Assembly: GCA_013239625.1 (NCBI GenBank)
Contig: MU054323.1
Coordinates: 20,791,082-20,855,081 of the forward strand
Direction of reading: 5' to 3'
DNA: 64,000 nucleotides
Source of the DNA: Lama guanicoe
Taxonomy: Eukaryota
In this document: piece by piece, positions 53,301 through 64,000 of the stretch
Layout: each line of letters starts with the position of its first letter
Position numbering within the stretch: the stretch's first letter is position 1
Program-made: the position numbers and the translations under genes
Notes under the pieces: model-generated
Databases searched by the model: none
The model's input: the letters and a program-made list of their open reading frames with translations, nothing else
Told to the model about the DNA's origin: nothing

Positions 53301-54116
53301 CTGGATTTAAAAAAACAAAAAACAAAAACAAAACCTTGTAGACAAAATACCAGTATTAACATGATCATTTCCATTTCAAGATGATGCAACAAATCATAGC
53401 TGCACACACACAATAACTTTAGAAAATCCAAATCAGAAACTTCTTAGATTAAGCCAACAAAGAAAGGCAACAGAGTTATAAGCTTATATTCCCAAATGTG
53501 GAATAAGGAACAAAAATACAAATAATACTTACAAACACCTCACAGAGGAAGGAAATGGCAGGCAGGTATATGTAAACCAAATGGAAGTAAAAAGCTATTG
53601 TGAGGGCTTTTCATCTTATTATTATTGAACATAATTCCCTGCAGCACAGTCAGAGTAACCTTTGTGCTTCTCTCACTAGCTGAAAAATTTCTCTTTTGCT
53701 AAACTCAGAGTATCTAAGAGCCTGATTAGAGCTCTTCCAAGCACACAAATTAACATTAGTAATGCCACAAACATAAAATACTGCCCCTCCACTTGTGCCT
53801 ACACCCATCTTTTCAGCTATTATCCCAAGTCAAAACAGCCCAATCTCTACCAGGACTAGAACCACAAATACTGCCTGGAAGGGCAGGTTTTATGATCAAT
53901 CTTTCATTTTCTTCATGAATAATTTACTCAGAAGTAATTTAAATCAAATGTGTGTAGTTTTACCAAATTCACTATTTAAAAAAAATCTGTTTGTAGTTCA
54001 TCTCCCTAGTATGACTGTGAATATTTTAGGGCAGCACAACATTGACCCTGAAGTAGACTGTTGAAACCCAAAACTGATTTTTCTAACTCTAATTCTAGAA
54101 TCCTTCCACTTTCTTT

Positions 54117-54243
54117 GTTTTCTGAGGGGGAGGTAATTAGGTTTTCTTCATTGACTTCTGCTTGGAGGAGGTACTGGGAATTGAACTCAGGACCTCCTGG
54201 GTGCTGAGCATGCACTCTACCACTTGAGCTATACCCTTCCCCA
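54117..54243 (-). mobile_element. tRNA-derived camelid SINE (Vic-1-like)
   Basis: Reverse of ggggaagggtatagctcaagtggtagagtgcatgctcagc...gagttcaattccc. Perfect TSD cttccactttcttt at 54103-54116 and 54244-54257. Confidence 0.92.
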
Positions 54244-54947
54244 CTTCCACTTTCTTTTGAAGAAAGAAAAGCAACCTGACCACCGACCAACCCCACTATC
54301 CCAACCAGTGACCCCACAGATGTGAGCCTGAGAAAGGCTGCATCCAAACAAGCCACCTCCACTACTGCAAAAGCAAGACAAGGAGCAGACCCCACCGGTG
54401 GGGCGGCATGCCTTCTCTGTCCTCAAAATAGCCTGCATTCATACCCACGGACTGGAGATAGGCTCCTCATCGCTCCTAGCTGCATAAATTTCAGGGCCCT
54501 TGGGCCTACCCAGCATAGCTAAAACTCCTGACTACACAAAAGGGACTTGGTTACATTGGTGTAAGGTAAAGGGTACACCCAACACTCTTGACAAGTCCTA
54601 CAGTTTTGGGTTCATATCCCAGCTCTATAACCGACTCACTTTCTGAACGTCAGTTTCCCTCACAGGTAAACGGGGGTGATTACACGTCCTCTCAGAGTCA
54701 CTGTAAGCAAAATGCCCAGTTCAGGGCCTGGCGAACAGTCGAGGCTCAACAGAGGTTGGTCTACTTCTGACTGACTACTCTGCTCAGAATTCTCGCTTGT
54801 TCTCTGCATTCCTGGGCAAAAGCTCCTTCTTATAAACCTCCTGAACAGCCTAACCAAACACCAAGTATCATTCTACTACTGCATAGTTTATTAAAATCAT
54901 CTCTTTGTGAGTGTGTGGCTCTGATAATGTTTAATGTCCCAAATGTA

Positions 54948-55107
54948 ATCTTGCTACTGAAAGTGTGATCAGCAGATCAACAGTATTAGCATTACCTGGA
55001 ATTTTGTGTGAAATGCAGACTCTCAGGGCCCACCAGACCCACTGAGTCAGAATTTATGAGATACCCAAGTGATATGTTTATATCTTAAAGTTTGAGAAAT
55101 ACTGTCT
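54948..55107. mobile_element. MER5A hAT-Charlie relic
   Basis: gctactgaaagtgtgatc...agcattacctggaa...gaaatgcagactctcagggcccaccagacccactgagtcagaa...aaagtttgagaaatactg. Confidence 0.8.
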
Positions 55108-56831
55108 ATAATACATATGGACATTCAATAAATCAGAGCCTACATGATACTCTAAGGAATCCATTATGGCACTTCTGCTGGTGGTGGCACTCAATGAATC
55201 TTTTTTTTAAATTTGATTTCATTTTATTTTTTTAAAATATATTTTTATCTAAGTTCAATGAATCTTTATTCAGGTAGAAAGCCACTACTGACCAAAGCAT
55301 CTTCACTGGAAGGACAGGAGAACTGTACACTTATTTCTTTGTGTTTTCTGAGTTAAAAAAATATGATGCACTAAATACACTGGCCTTAAGGCAATATTTA
55401 AATCTACGTTAACATAATCTTTGTATATGTAATAAGGGCTCTGAATATAATTAGTAATATGAGCATTCTGACTATATGTAAACTAATAAACACAGGAAGG
55501 ATACTTTCAATGTAGTAATTTTTGGTTCCTAGGAGACAACACCTAAGACTGATTAGTAATTAGCTTCCACAAACTGAATGTTCTCAACACAGGATGATGA
55601 AGTTCTAAAGCATGTCTTTGTTTATAATTTACACTGTGACTCGGTACATGTGCCATCCCCCCACCCCATCAACTTTCTGAAATACTTTTGAGTTCTTTCC
55701 AGTTATATGTGAAAGTACAATTTTTAAGTGCTCCTGAAAGTAAAATTTATGACCCAAATTCCTAAAATGAATCACCAAATGCTGGATACGAGAGGCTGGT
55801 AACCCTGTGTATCAGGAAACAGAAACCAATCTGAGTGAGTCATCTCTGTGATCGTAGATAACACAGCCACAGCCAGGGCTGGGCGCAAACAAATGGCTAC
55901 AGCAATCACACACCAGAATCTCGTGTTTAATGGTTTCTCACATTAAAATGCATCAGTCAGCGCTGTGAAATCAGGAAGTGGAACCAAGGACACCACATAA
56001 ATAACAAGTACACTCATTTGAGTTGGGTATATTTTATCCTTCGGCTGTAAGTCTATTTCAACTTGTAATAGATATACATAAAAATGAAGGTGTTGTTTTG
56101 TCACGAGGTAAGCAAACAGATAAAGGCTAATATGACAGGGCTTCTAAGCTATTTCATAAGAAAACTCCAGTATTTTTTAGGGTTTATTTATTGAGGCCTT
56201 TGATCCAAAATGAAAAAAGGGATCAGAAGCTGGTGAATGCCTCAAAAAAAAAAAAAAGTAACAGGGGAAGTGGTAACAGGCTGTAGAAGCAGAAAAGCCT
56301 GTTACTATTTGATTCCATGCATAATCTTTGTGCATGGCTTTTTTTCAGGTACTCCAAGCTTGAAAGAGAAGATGAGTGGGAAGTGAACTCGCGCTACACA
56401 GCATTGCCATCTAGATGCCACCTCTTGAAACCACTTGCAAACTCCTCCGGAGTGAAGAGCCACTTGAACCCCTGGACAGGGAATGTATGCCAGGACCAAG
56501 CCTGCTCCATGTTGACCGGGCTCAACACAGGGATAATGCACACACCCAGGTTATGTTTATTAAAAGGGGGTATCTCCTATCAACACCACATGTCCACTAG
56601 CAGGCAGGGCTTCCAGGAAACAGTACTCACACGGTAGATATCAGTGCCTACACTCACAATCTGAAACACTGGAGACCAGCTGGGGGCAATGGCAATAACC
56701 CCAGAGCCCTGCATTCACAAGACCCCTCCCAAAGTTAAAAAGAAATTTATAATATCTGAAATAAGAACAGGATTATATATCCCCATGAGGCCCTCTGCCC
56801 ACCCCCATCATTTCCCTGAGGCACACACTAC

Positions 56832-56963
56832 CTCATGATGAAGGGGATGAAAGGGGCCATGCCGAGAGCAGAGCAGGTGCCATCCATCGGGGAAGGGTAG
56901 AGCCTCCCCAACACCAAGAGTAAGAGAAACATGCTGGGATGGCAGTTCAGTTCTCCGGTATCA
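56832..56963 (-). CDS. THADA: THADA internal coding exon, 132 nt (probably human exon 28): (S)DTGELNCHPSMFLLLLVLGRLYPSPMDGTCSALGMAPFIPFIM(R)
   Basis: Minus strand reads ttttttccag|TGATACCGGA...CATCATGAG|gtagtg. Matches THADA HPSMFLLLLVL..LY.SPMDG. Phase 2-2. The intron to the previous exon is 1089 nt. Confidence 0.96.
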
Positions 56964-58052
56964 CTGGAAAAAAATTATTGTACGGAAAGGATTTAAAACT
57001 TAAAAGGTGAGGCACTATCTTCAAACATTTTTCTCATTAAACAATTTATGTATATAAAGTGAGACCCTATGACAGGGATAATTTTCCTTTTTTCATTTTT
57101 CTCCTCCATCCACTTCATATCTTCTTAATGTGCAAATAAGGAAGGACTACTGGTAATGCTGTGGATCAGGCTTCTGCACGTGATTGTCTTCTCAAAGCTA
57201 ATTCTTTGATAATTTAAGGCTGCTATTTTGATTTGAGCTGTTCAGACAGTAGAGAGGTGCCTGTTCCAAGAATGAAATGTGAAACTTTCAACATCCAAAT
57301 GTACTTAAGAAAGCATGAACAGTCACTTGTGAGCGCCAGAAAAGCCTGTCTGCACAAATTACTAATATGAGGAAATCTACCATAAACAGAAGTAAAATTC
57401 ACTGATGTGATTTTTATTTCCCTATTATAGGCAATTGGTATAAATTCATACCAAGTGCAAAAATTGCTAAAAGAATACAATGGCCCATGTTCTAAGATGT
57501 CCATACTAAAAATGCCACTACCAGCCACAGAATGTGATTGAAAGGACAATAGCGAACTTTGCACTGATCAGACTAGAAGCCCTCTTAATTGCTTTATTCT
57601 GTGTGTCCAGGGTCACTGGCCATCTTTGCTCAATTAGAACAGTACCATTTCTGATGCTACATGACCAGATTAGTCAACTGCAATAGGCCAGTAACCAAAA
57701 AATGAGAGGTGTGCATTAAAACAATTCAGTAAGTAAACACACAGATTTTTAAATATAAGGATTCTTAGAAGGAATTACCATGTGCTTCTATAAAGCTAAT
57801 TCCTGTAAAACACTGAAAACTTTAAATCCAGGATTTTTAAAATGTAAAATATAATACAAAAAATGAATTATATACAACTTTTCAGGTACAAATATACTAC
57901 AGAGTTAGGCAACATGATATAATAAAGAAACACTTAAAAAATCCATCTATGTTATAGGGAAGGAGTTGATTAAAAACTGATGTCTGGAGGGAAAAATCTC
58001 AAAGTAATTCATATCCTTGATTTCACTTTGCCCCGGTCTATTGCCTTCTTAC

Positions 58053-58142
58053 CTGTCCACAGTATTGGCTACCGTTTCCAACTGTTTCAGAAGAAAGGGA
58101 TAGAGTTCCGGGAAACGAGAGAAAAATTCACTCCCTGTCATT
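58053..58142 (-). CDS. THADA: THADA internal coding exon, 90 nt (probably human exon 27): (R)MTGSEFFSRFPELYPFLLKQLETVANTVD(S)
   Basis: Minus strand reads ttctccctccacag|AATGACAGGG...GTGGACAG|gtaaga. The translation matches the recalled THADA motif MTG(R/S)EFFSRFPELYPFLLKQLE. Phase 2-2, in frame with the next exon. Confidence 0.97.
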
Positions 58143-58517
58143 CTGTGGAGGGAGAATAAAAGATAAATTACTATCAGTTATTTCCTCTGATTTAATAATA
58201 AAGCCTATTTTTTTTAAAGAAAGGTAACTAAAGCCATTTGTTTGAATATTTAATGAAATAAAGAACAAAGCCTACATCTGAAGAATTTAACAATTAAATT
58301 ATATATACATTTAATTTGGATTTTGGAAATGCTCTTAATGCATGGAATTTTATCTAAAATTTAAGATTATATATATTTAAAAATATTTAATATTAAATTC
58401 TAACAGGGAAGAAAGATGCAATCTGTGAAAATGCCACAATTGATTTGGACTATGGATATAATCACCACCTGCTTGACTGAGACTGATTCAACTTTAGTAA
58501 TAAGGTCAAGTGTAGAA

Positions 58518-58743
58518 CAAGGTTTCTCGAAGTCAGTACCAGGGACACTCTGGAGGAGATAATTCTTTGTTGCAGGGGGCTGTCCTCTGCACCACTGACT
58601 GTTTAGCAGCCTCCAGGGCTTCTCCCTGCCTAGATGCTAGCAGCACAGCACTCCCTGCCCCTACCAGCTGATAATCAAAGATGTCTCTGGACATCATCAA
58701 ATGTACCCTGAGAGGAAAAAAGGTCCCCAGTTGAGACCTACTG
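58518..58743. mobile_element. MER20 hAT-Charlie relic
   Basis: caaggtttctc...gataattctttgttgcagggggctgtcct...ctagatgctagcagcac...gtccccagttgagacctactg. Confidence 0.8.
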
Positions 58744-59044
58744 GCCTGAAGTGTGGTTATCAGAAGAAGACTTGGTGTGTAGGGTTCTGGAGCACCGATC
58801 TATGAGGATTACTTTTTCCATCTTTATAAATACTAGCCCCAGAACTCTAACAAGATCCTGAAAATAGTTCCTCCAACTGTGCAACCGACAAAAAAAGCTC
58901 AAGCTAAATTTAGCATTTGGTTAGTCTGTCTCCAAAACTATTAAAGAACTACTCTGAAGGAGTAACATAAATACTCCCTAACTTGCCCCCTCCTATCAAC
59001 TCTAGATGTATGCTCCTATTAATGAAGACCCAAAATAGCGTGTT

Positions 59045-60180
59045 TTTAAAATTGAGGTCTATTTTACACATAGTGAAATGCTCAAATCTAAGTGTAGCAT
59101 TTGATCAATGTTCACAAATGCATTCACTCATGTAATCCACCCCTGTGAAGCCTTAGAAAATTTCCATCCTCCCAGAAAGTTCCCTCGGGCCCCTTTCCCA
59201 GTCAACTCCAAATCCCCAAAGCAACCATGATTTGATTTCTATCACCACAATTTGGTTTTGTCCATTCTAGAATTTCATATAAATATAATAATACATTAAA
59301 TAATTTTTTGTGTCTGGATTTTTTCACTCAGCATAAAAGTTTATGAGATTCATCCATGTTATTCAATGTATCAACAGTTTCTCTTTGCTGTTTTGTGTTC
59401 CACTGTATGAATATGCAAGTTTGTTTATCTATCCTCCTCTTGACAGACATGAACTGTTTCCATTTGTTGGCTATCATGAATAAAGCTGCTATGAACATTC
59501 TTGTACAAGGATTTTTTGTGAACACATGTTTTAATTTCTCTTAGATAAATATCTGAGAATAAAACTGAAGCATGTTTAACAACATTTTAGGAAACTGACT
59601 TTTCCAAAATAATTACAGTATTTTACACTCCCAGAAATAATAATAAGTAAGCATTTTAGTGGCTCCATACCCTTTCTGACATTTGCTGTTGTCTTCTTTT
59701 CCATTTTAGCCACGCTAGTAGGTATGCAGTGCTATCTCTTGGCAATTTTTACCTGCATTTCCTTGAGACTAATGATGTTAAACACTTTTCATGTGCTTTG
59801 GTCATTGGTATGGCCTTTTGTAAAGTATCTATTCAAGATTTTTAAATTAAGTTGCTTGTTGGTCTCCTTTGTCATATATAGGCATTGCATGTACTCTCTC
59901 CTAGCCTGTGGCTTCTCAATTTATTTTCTTAGTAATGTCCTTTGATGAGCAGAAATTTTTAATTTTTAATGAAGTCCAATAATTTGATCAATTTCTTTCT
60001 TTTATGATTCATACTTGCTACAGAAGAAGAAACTTTTGTCTATCCCAACATCACAAAAATATTTTGTTTTCTTCCATAATTTTTATAGTTTTACCTTTTA
60101 AGTTGATGTCTATGACCCATATCAAATTAATTTTTATGTATAGTATGAGGTGGAGATCAAGGTTCTTTCTTCTACATTGG
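59045..60180 (-). mobile_element. Old L1M ORF2 end and 3' UTR
   Basis: Minus-strand ORF 59328..59525 contains CTRMFIAALFMIANKWKQ. Also tgaataaagctgctatgaacattcttgtaca. Confidence 0.8.
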
Positions 60181-60184
60181 CATA

Positions 60185-62114
60185 TCATATTTTTAATACA
60201 GAGATGTCATAAGAAAAGATAAATGCCTTAAAATCTAAATGATGTACCATGTTCACGGATGAGAAGATTAAATATAAAGACAAAATTCTCCACAAATTCA
60301 ATATAATTCCAATAAAAATAGTAATTGTGTCTGGGTATATATCTGGATAACCAAATTCTAAAATGTATACAGGAGTACCAAGTGCCAAGAGTAGCAAAGA
60401 TAACCTTGAAGAACAACAAGTCTGGAGGACTCAACCAATTAGGTAGACAGAAATAGTACAAAACTTTAATAATTAGGACACTGTGGTGACAAGAAGGCCA
60501 ATGAAACAGAGCACAGCAGTGCACACAAATATAACTGAAAACCTGGTTTATGAAAGAGCTGGTATTGCAGATATAGTACTATGAAGATCACAGGTGCTAT
60601 GATAACTAATTATCCACAGAGACAAAATTAAATTAAAATGCCAGCCTCCCACAATACACAAAATTAAATTCCACTGAATTCAAGACTTAGAAGTAAAAAA
60701 TAAAACTGCAAAATTCTTTGAGTGACTATAGAGAACAGAATTTATTGAACAAGACCCAAAAGCATCAACTAGTAGGAAAAATAGATATATTCAACTATAT
60801 CAGTTAATTAAAAAAAAAAACTCAATATACCAAAAATAAAGCACAAAGAAAAATACAAAATAATATACACACAACATATTTCTGGTCAAGGAGGAGTATG
60901 AAATGTTATAGAATAGAAGAGATTTAAGAGACTAAGAGACTTAAAAGACTTATGAGACTAAAAAAACCCAAAAAACTAAATGCAAGGTGTGGACCTCGTA
61001 TGGACCTTGATCCTAACAAACCAACTATTAAAAAAAAAAAACCTAATTATAAAAAGACATTTCTAAGACAATTAGAAAAGTTTGAATATTAAGGAATTAT
61101 TCACTTTGTTAGATATGATAATCGTACAGTGGTATTTCCTTTTGGGGAGGGCAAGAAATGGATAAAATAAGATTGGCAAAACATTGATAACTGTTGAAGC
61201 TGAGTGATGGAAAAACAGAGGTTAGTTAAACTAGTCTCTTCACTTTTACACGTTTAAAATTTCCACAATAAAAATATTTTAAATTAAAAGTAAAATTTTT
61301 ATTTGACAAGCCACAAATGGGGAGAAAATTTGTACTATACTCATATAACTGAGATTATATAATTAGTATTCTGAAAATATGAAGAACTCCAGTGAATCAG
61401 TAAGTATAAGACAACTCAATATAAAAATGGACAAAACCTATCAAAATACAATTCTCAGAAGATAAATGCTTGTGGCCAATAAACTTAAGATGTTCAGCAA
61501 CACTGAGAGATCATTTTATATCCTCAAACTGGCAAAGATTAAAAAGTCCAACAATACTACATATTGGAATTCTCAGACACTTGATGGAAATGAAAATTAC
61601 TACAACAATTTTGAGAAATAATTTGGCGTTTTCTTGAAAGCCATAGATGTTTTTACCCAGTGACTCAGAAACACTCTTCCTTGGTAAATGGCCTAATCAA
61701 ATCTTGGACACGGGCATCAGGAAGCTTGTCCAAGCATATGTATAGCAGCCATATTCCATCAACAAGAGGGTGAACAAACTGTAGGACACTCACACTATGG
61801 AGTAATGTATAGCAGTAAATCTGAACAGACTACAGACACACGCAACGACACAGATGAATCTCAGCAACTCAATGTTAAGTGAAAAAAACAAGTTTCAGAA
61901 AGTATATGCAATATAATCCTTCCACGTAAAGTTTACAGCAAAGCACCACTAAATAATATATTGCTTAGGGGAACAAATTTATGTGATTTAAAAAATGAAA
62001 AAGCAGATAAAAAAATAAAAGCAAAATTGATGAAAGTAATCAATTCTCTTCAAGGGGAACAGAAAGAAAATGGGATTAGAGAGGAACATATAAAAGGCTT
62101 CAAAAGTAATGTTT
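60185..62114 (+). mobile_element. Cluster of ancient plus-strand L1M fragments (ORF2 and L1MC/ME-like 3' UTR pieces)
   Basis: taccatgttcacggatgagaag, aaattctaaaatgtatacag, aaatgcaaggtgtggacct and acagatgaatctcagcaactcaatgttaagtgaaaaaa. Confidence 0.65.
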
Positions 62115-62272
62115 GGAGGGGAGCGTATAGCTCAGTGGTAGAGTACGTGCTTAGCATGCACAAGGTCCTGGGTTCAATCCCCAATACCTCCATTATAAAT
62201 AAATAAGTAAAAACCTAATTATTCCCCCACCAAAAAACAAAATAAAAACTTAAAATCAAATTTTACAAAAAA
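62115..62272 (+). mobile_element. tRNA-derived camelid SINE (Vic-1-like)
   Basis: ggggagcgtatagctcagtggtagagtacgtgcttagcatgcacaaggtcctgggttcaatccccaatacctcc plus an A-rich tail. No clear TSD. Confidence 0.92.
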
Positions 62273-64000
62273 GTTCTTACTCCACCCCAAATTACAGATT
62301 TATTGAACATGTATTGGATGCTTTATGTAAAATACACTCATATCCTTTACTTATTAAATATGTTTATGGAAAAAATTAATAAACATTAAAAGAAACACAG
62401 TAGACTGCCTAGTGCCTCTCCTCACAGAAAATTATGCAAAAATATCTTAGCTTTCGCTTTTAAAAAATTCAGTGTATTCAAATACACATTTTATAGTTTG
62501 GTTTTTTCCTCTTAACAAATATGCATTATATATATTGCTGTGCACCTTGCTTTTCTTTTTCATCTAAAACTATATCTGTGAAATCACTCAATATCAGGTA
62601 CAATGATCTATTTCTTTCCATTGAATGGCTGCAGAATAATCCATTGTTTAGTTGAGTGTAGCTGATTTAATCCTAATGGTAAGGGCTTTTGGTTGTTACC
62701 AGTCTCTTCCTCTAATAAAGGATGACATGTATGAATTTCTTTGTTAATAAATTGCAAACCTGGGTTTTGCAGGGTCAATGTTTTACTGAGGGGGAAGACA
62801 AAACCATTCCACTACAGGCTATGTTACATTCTTTACCACCTCTAAGCAAAACTGGTCAAGAATATCAGTTTCCATCTTTAGTGGAGTCACTTAAAGGTAA
62901 AAGTGCATGAGCTCAGTACTGGGATCCCTAAGTACACTTGCCCACACAGAATGCCTCCGTCTACACAACAAAGCCTGATGATTATGTCTTCTGGAGGAAT
63001 TAGTCATTGACTTCCAGGGGAGTAAGGCATTCCTTAATGGCCTGATACCTCTCAGTGGAGTAACAAAGACAAGCATTCTCACTTAAGCAGACCATAGGCT
63101 TGTTATCACCATCATCTAGAAACTGTCTTGATAAATAATTGGCTCTGCTGACCACAATACTGCCAGAGGAATGGGCTGAGGAGCTACTATTCTAAAATTA
63201 AAGTCATTGCTTTAATTGAATTATAGCTAATTACCTCAAACAGCAAATTACCTCATTCAGTTACCTTGGCAAACATTTACCAACCAGTCTATCTTGGAGG
63301 ATATTTGAAGAGGGTACATTATTCAAAGTTAAATACGTGGTGAATGATTTAACTAATTGTTTTGTTCTTAGCAGCTTGGGAGGTTTTGACTACATCTTTA
63401 AAAAATATTCTGTTAAGATGACTGTGTCCATGCTTGATGGCGTAGACTTTGAAGTATCAACTGTGCATCTGACAGTGTTTAAGAAAAACCAAAATTATTC
63501 TTTAAGGAAAATTTTGACCTTGCTCAGGTACGCTAAGACACAGGAGGTGCCTTTCTATTCTAGCATTCTTAGGCTCCACAATACTGTTAAGAAAATGGTG
63601 ACCCCATTTCTGGTTCAGCTCACCTAAAGGCCAGGACTGCAAACACAGAAGAGTTGAGCTCCATGTACTTGCCTGATAGCATTATTTCAACCCTGCATCA
63701 GCCAAGGGCTACTAAAGACCTGGCTAAATGTTTATGGAGTGCTGCCTGAAAGATATGCAATATTAACAATTCTTGCATATTATAAAACAGAGCCTCAAGA
63801 GGTAAGGCATAGAAGGGTATCAGAATTATCTAAGAGGCTTATTGAAACTTTACTCAGTTACACCAGAAGGTCTACAGCATCTTGAATGCAGAACTTTGGC
63901 TGCTAATATATATTAATTCCAGCCTTCAACTAACCAATGACTACATTTTATGTTTATACTGAGTGGAGGATCACCATGTACAATAGTGCTTCCAAGCGGA

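Noticed and set aside
56400..56422. CTCF-like motif ttgccatctagatgcc (and cagcgcctctagttg at about 40822)
   Set aside because: Both mismatch core consensus positions and are not supportable without ChIP data.
59045..60900. Adjacent opposite-strand L1 pieces suggesting a twin-priming inversion
   Set aside because: The two pieces cover overlapping parts of ORF2 and no shared TSD is visible, so they are more likely independent old insertions.

Overview
Mammalian genomic DNA, very likely camelid (camel, alpaca or llama), judged from five Vic-1-like tRNA-derived SINEs. The window lies inside THADA on the minus strand. It holds three coding exons (58053-58142, 56832-56963, 25846-26014; 90, 132 and 169 nt; probably human exons 27-29) with canonical GT-AG junctions and a continuous frame. 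The rest is intron rich in repeats: young and old LINE-1s, an RPL9 processed pseudogene nested in an L1, SINEs, MIR/L2/L3 relics and Tigger/MER DNA transposons. The most unusual feature is a 2.95-kb L1 flanked by a target-site duplication (TSD). It has a complete 5' UTR and near-intact ORF1 but lacks almost all of ORF2, joined at a shared AG, so it may be a spliced or HAL1-like non-autonomous element. Also notable are a 42-nt insertion in an old L1 copied from unique DNA 1 kb away, and inverted SINE pairs bracketing both THADA exon groups. Most ORFs in the supplied track are spurious. Repeat family names and human comparisons are from memory, not searches.
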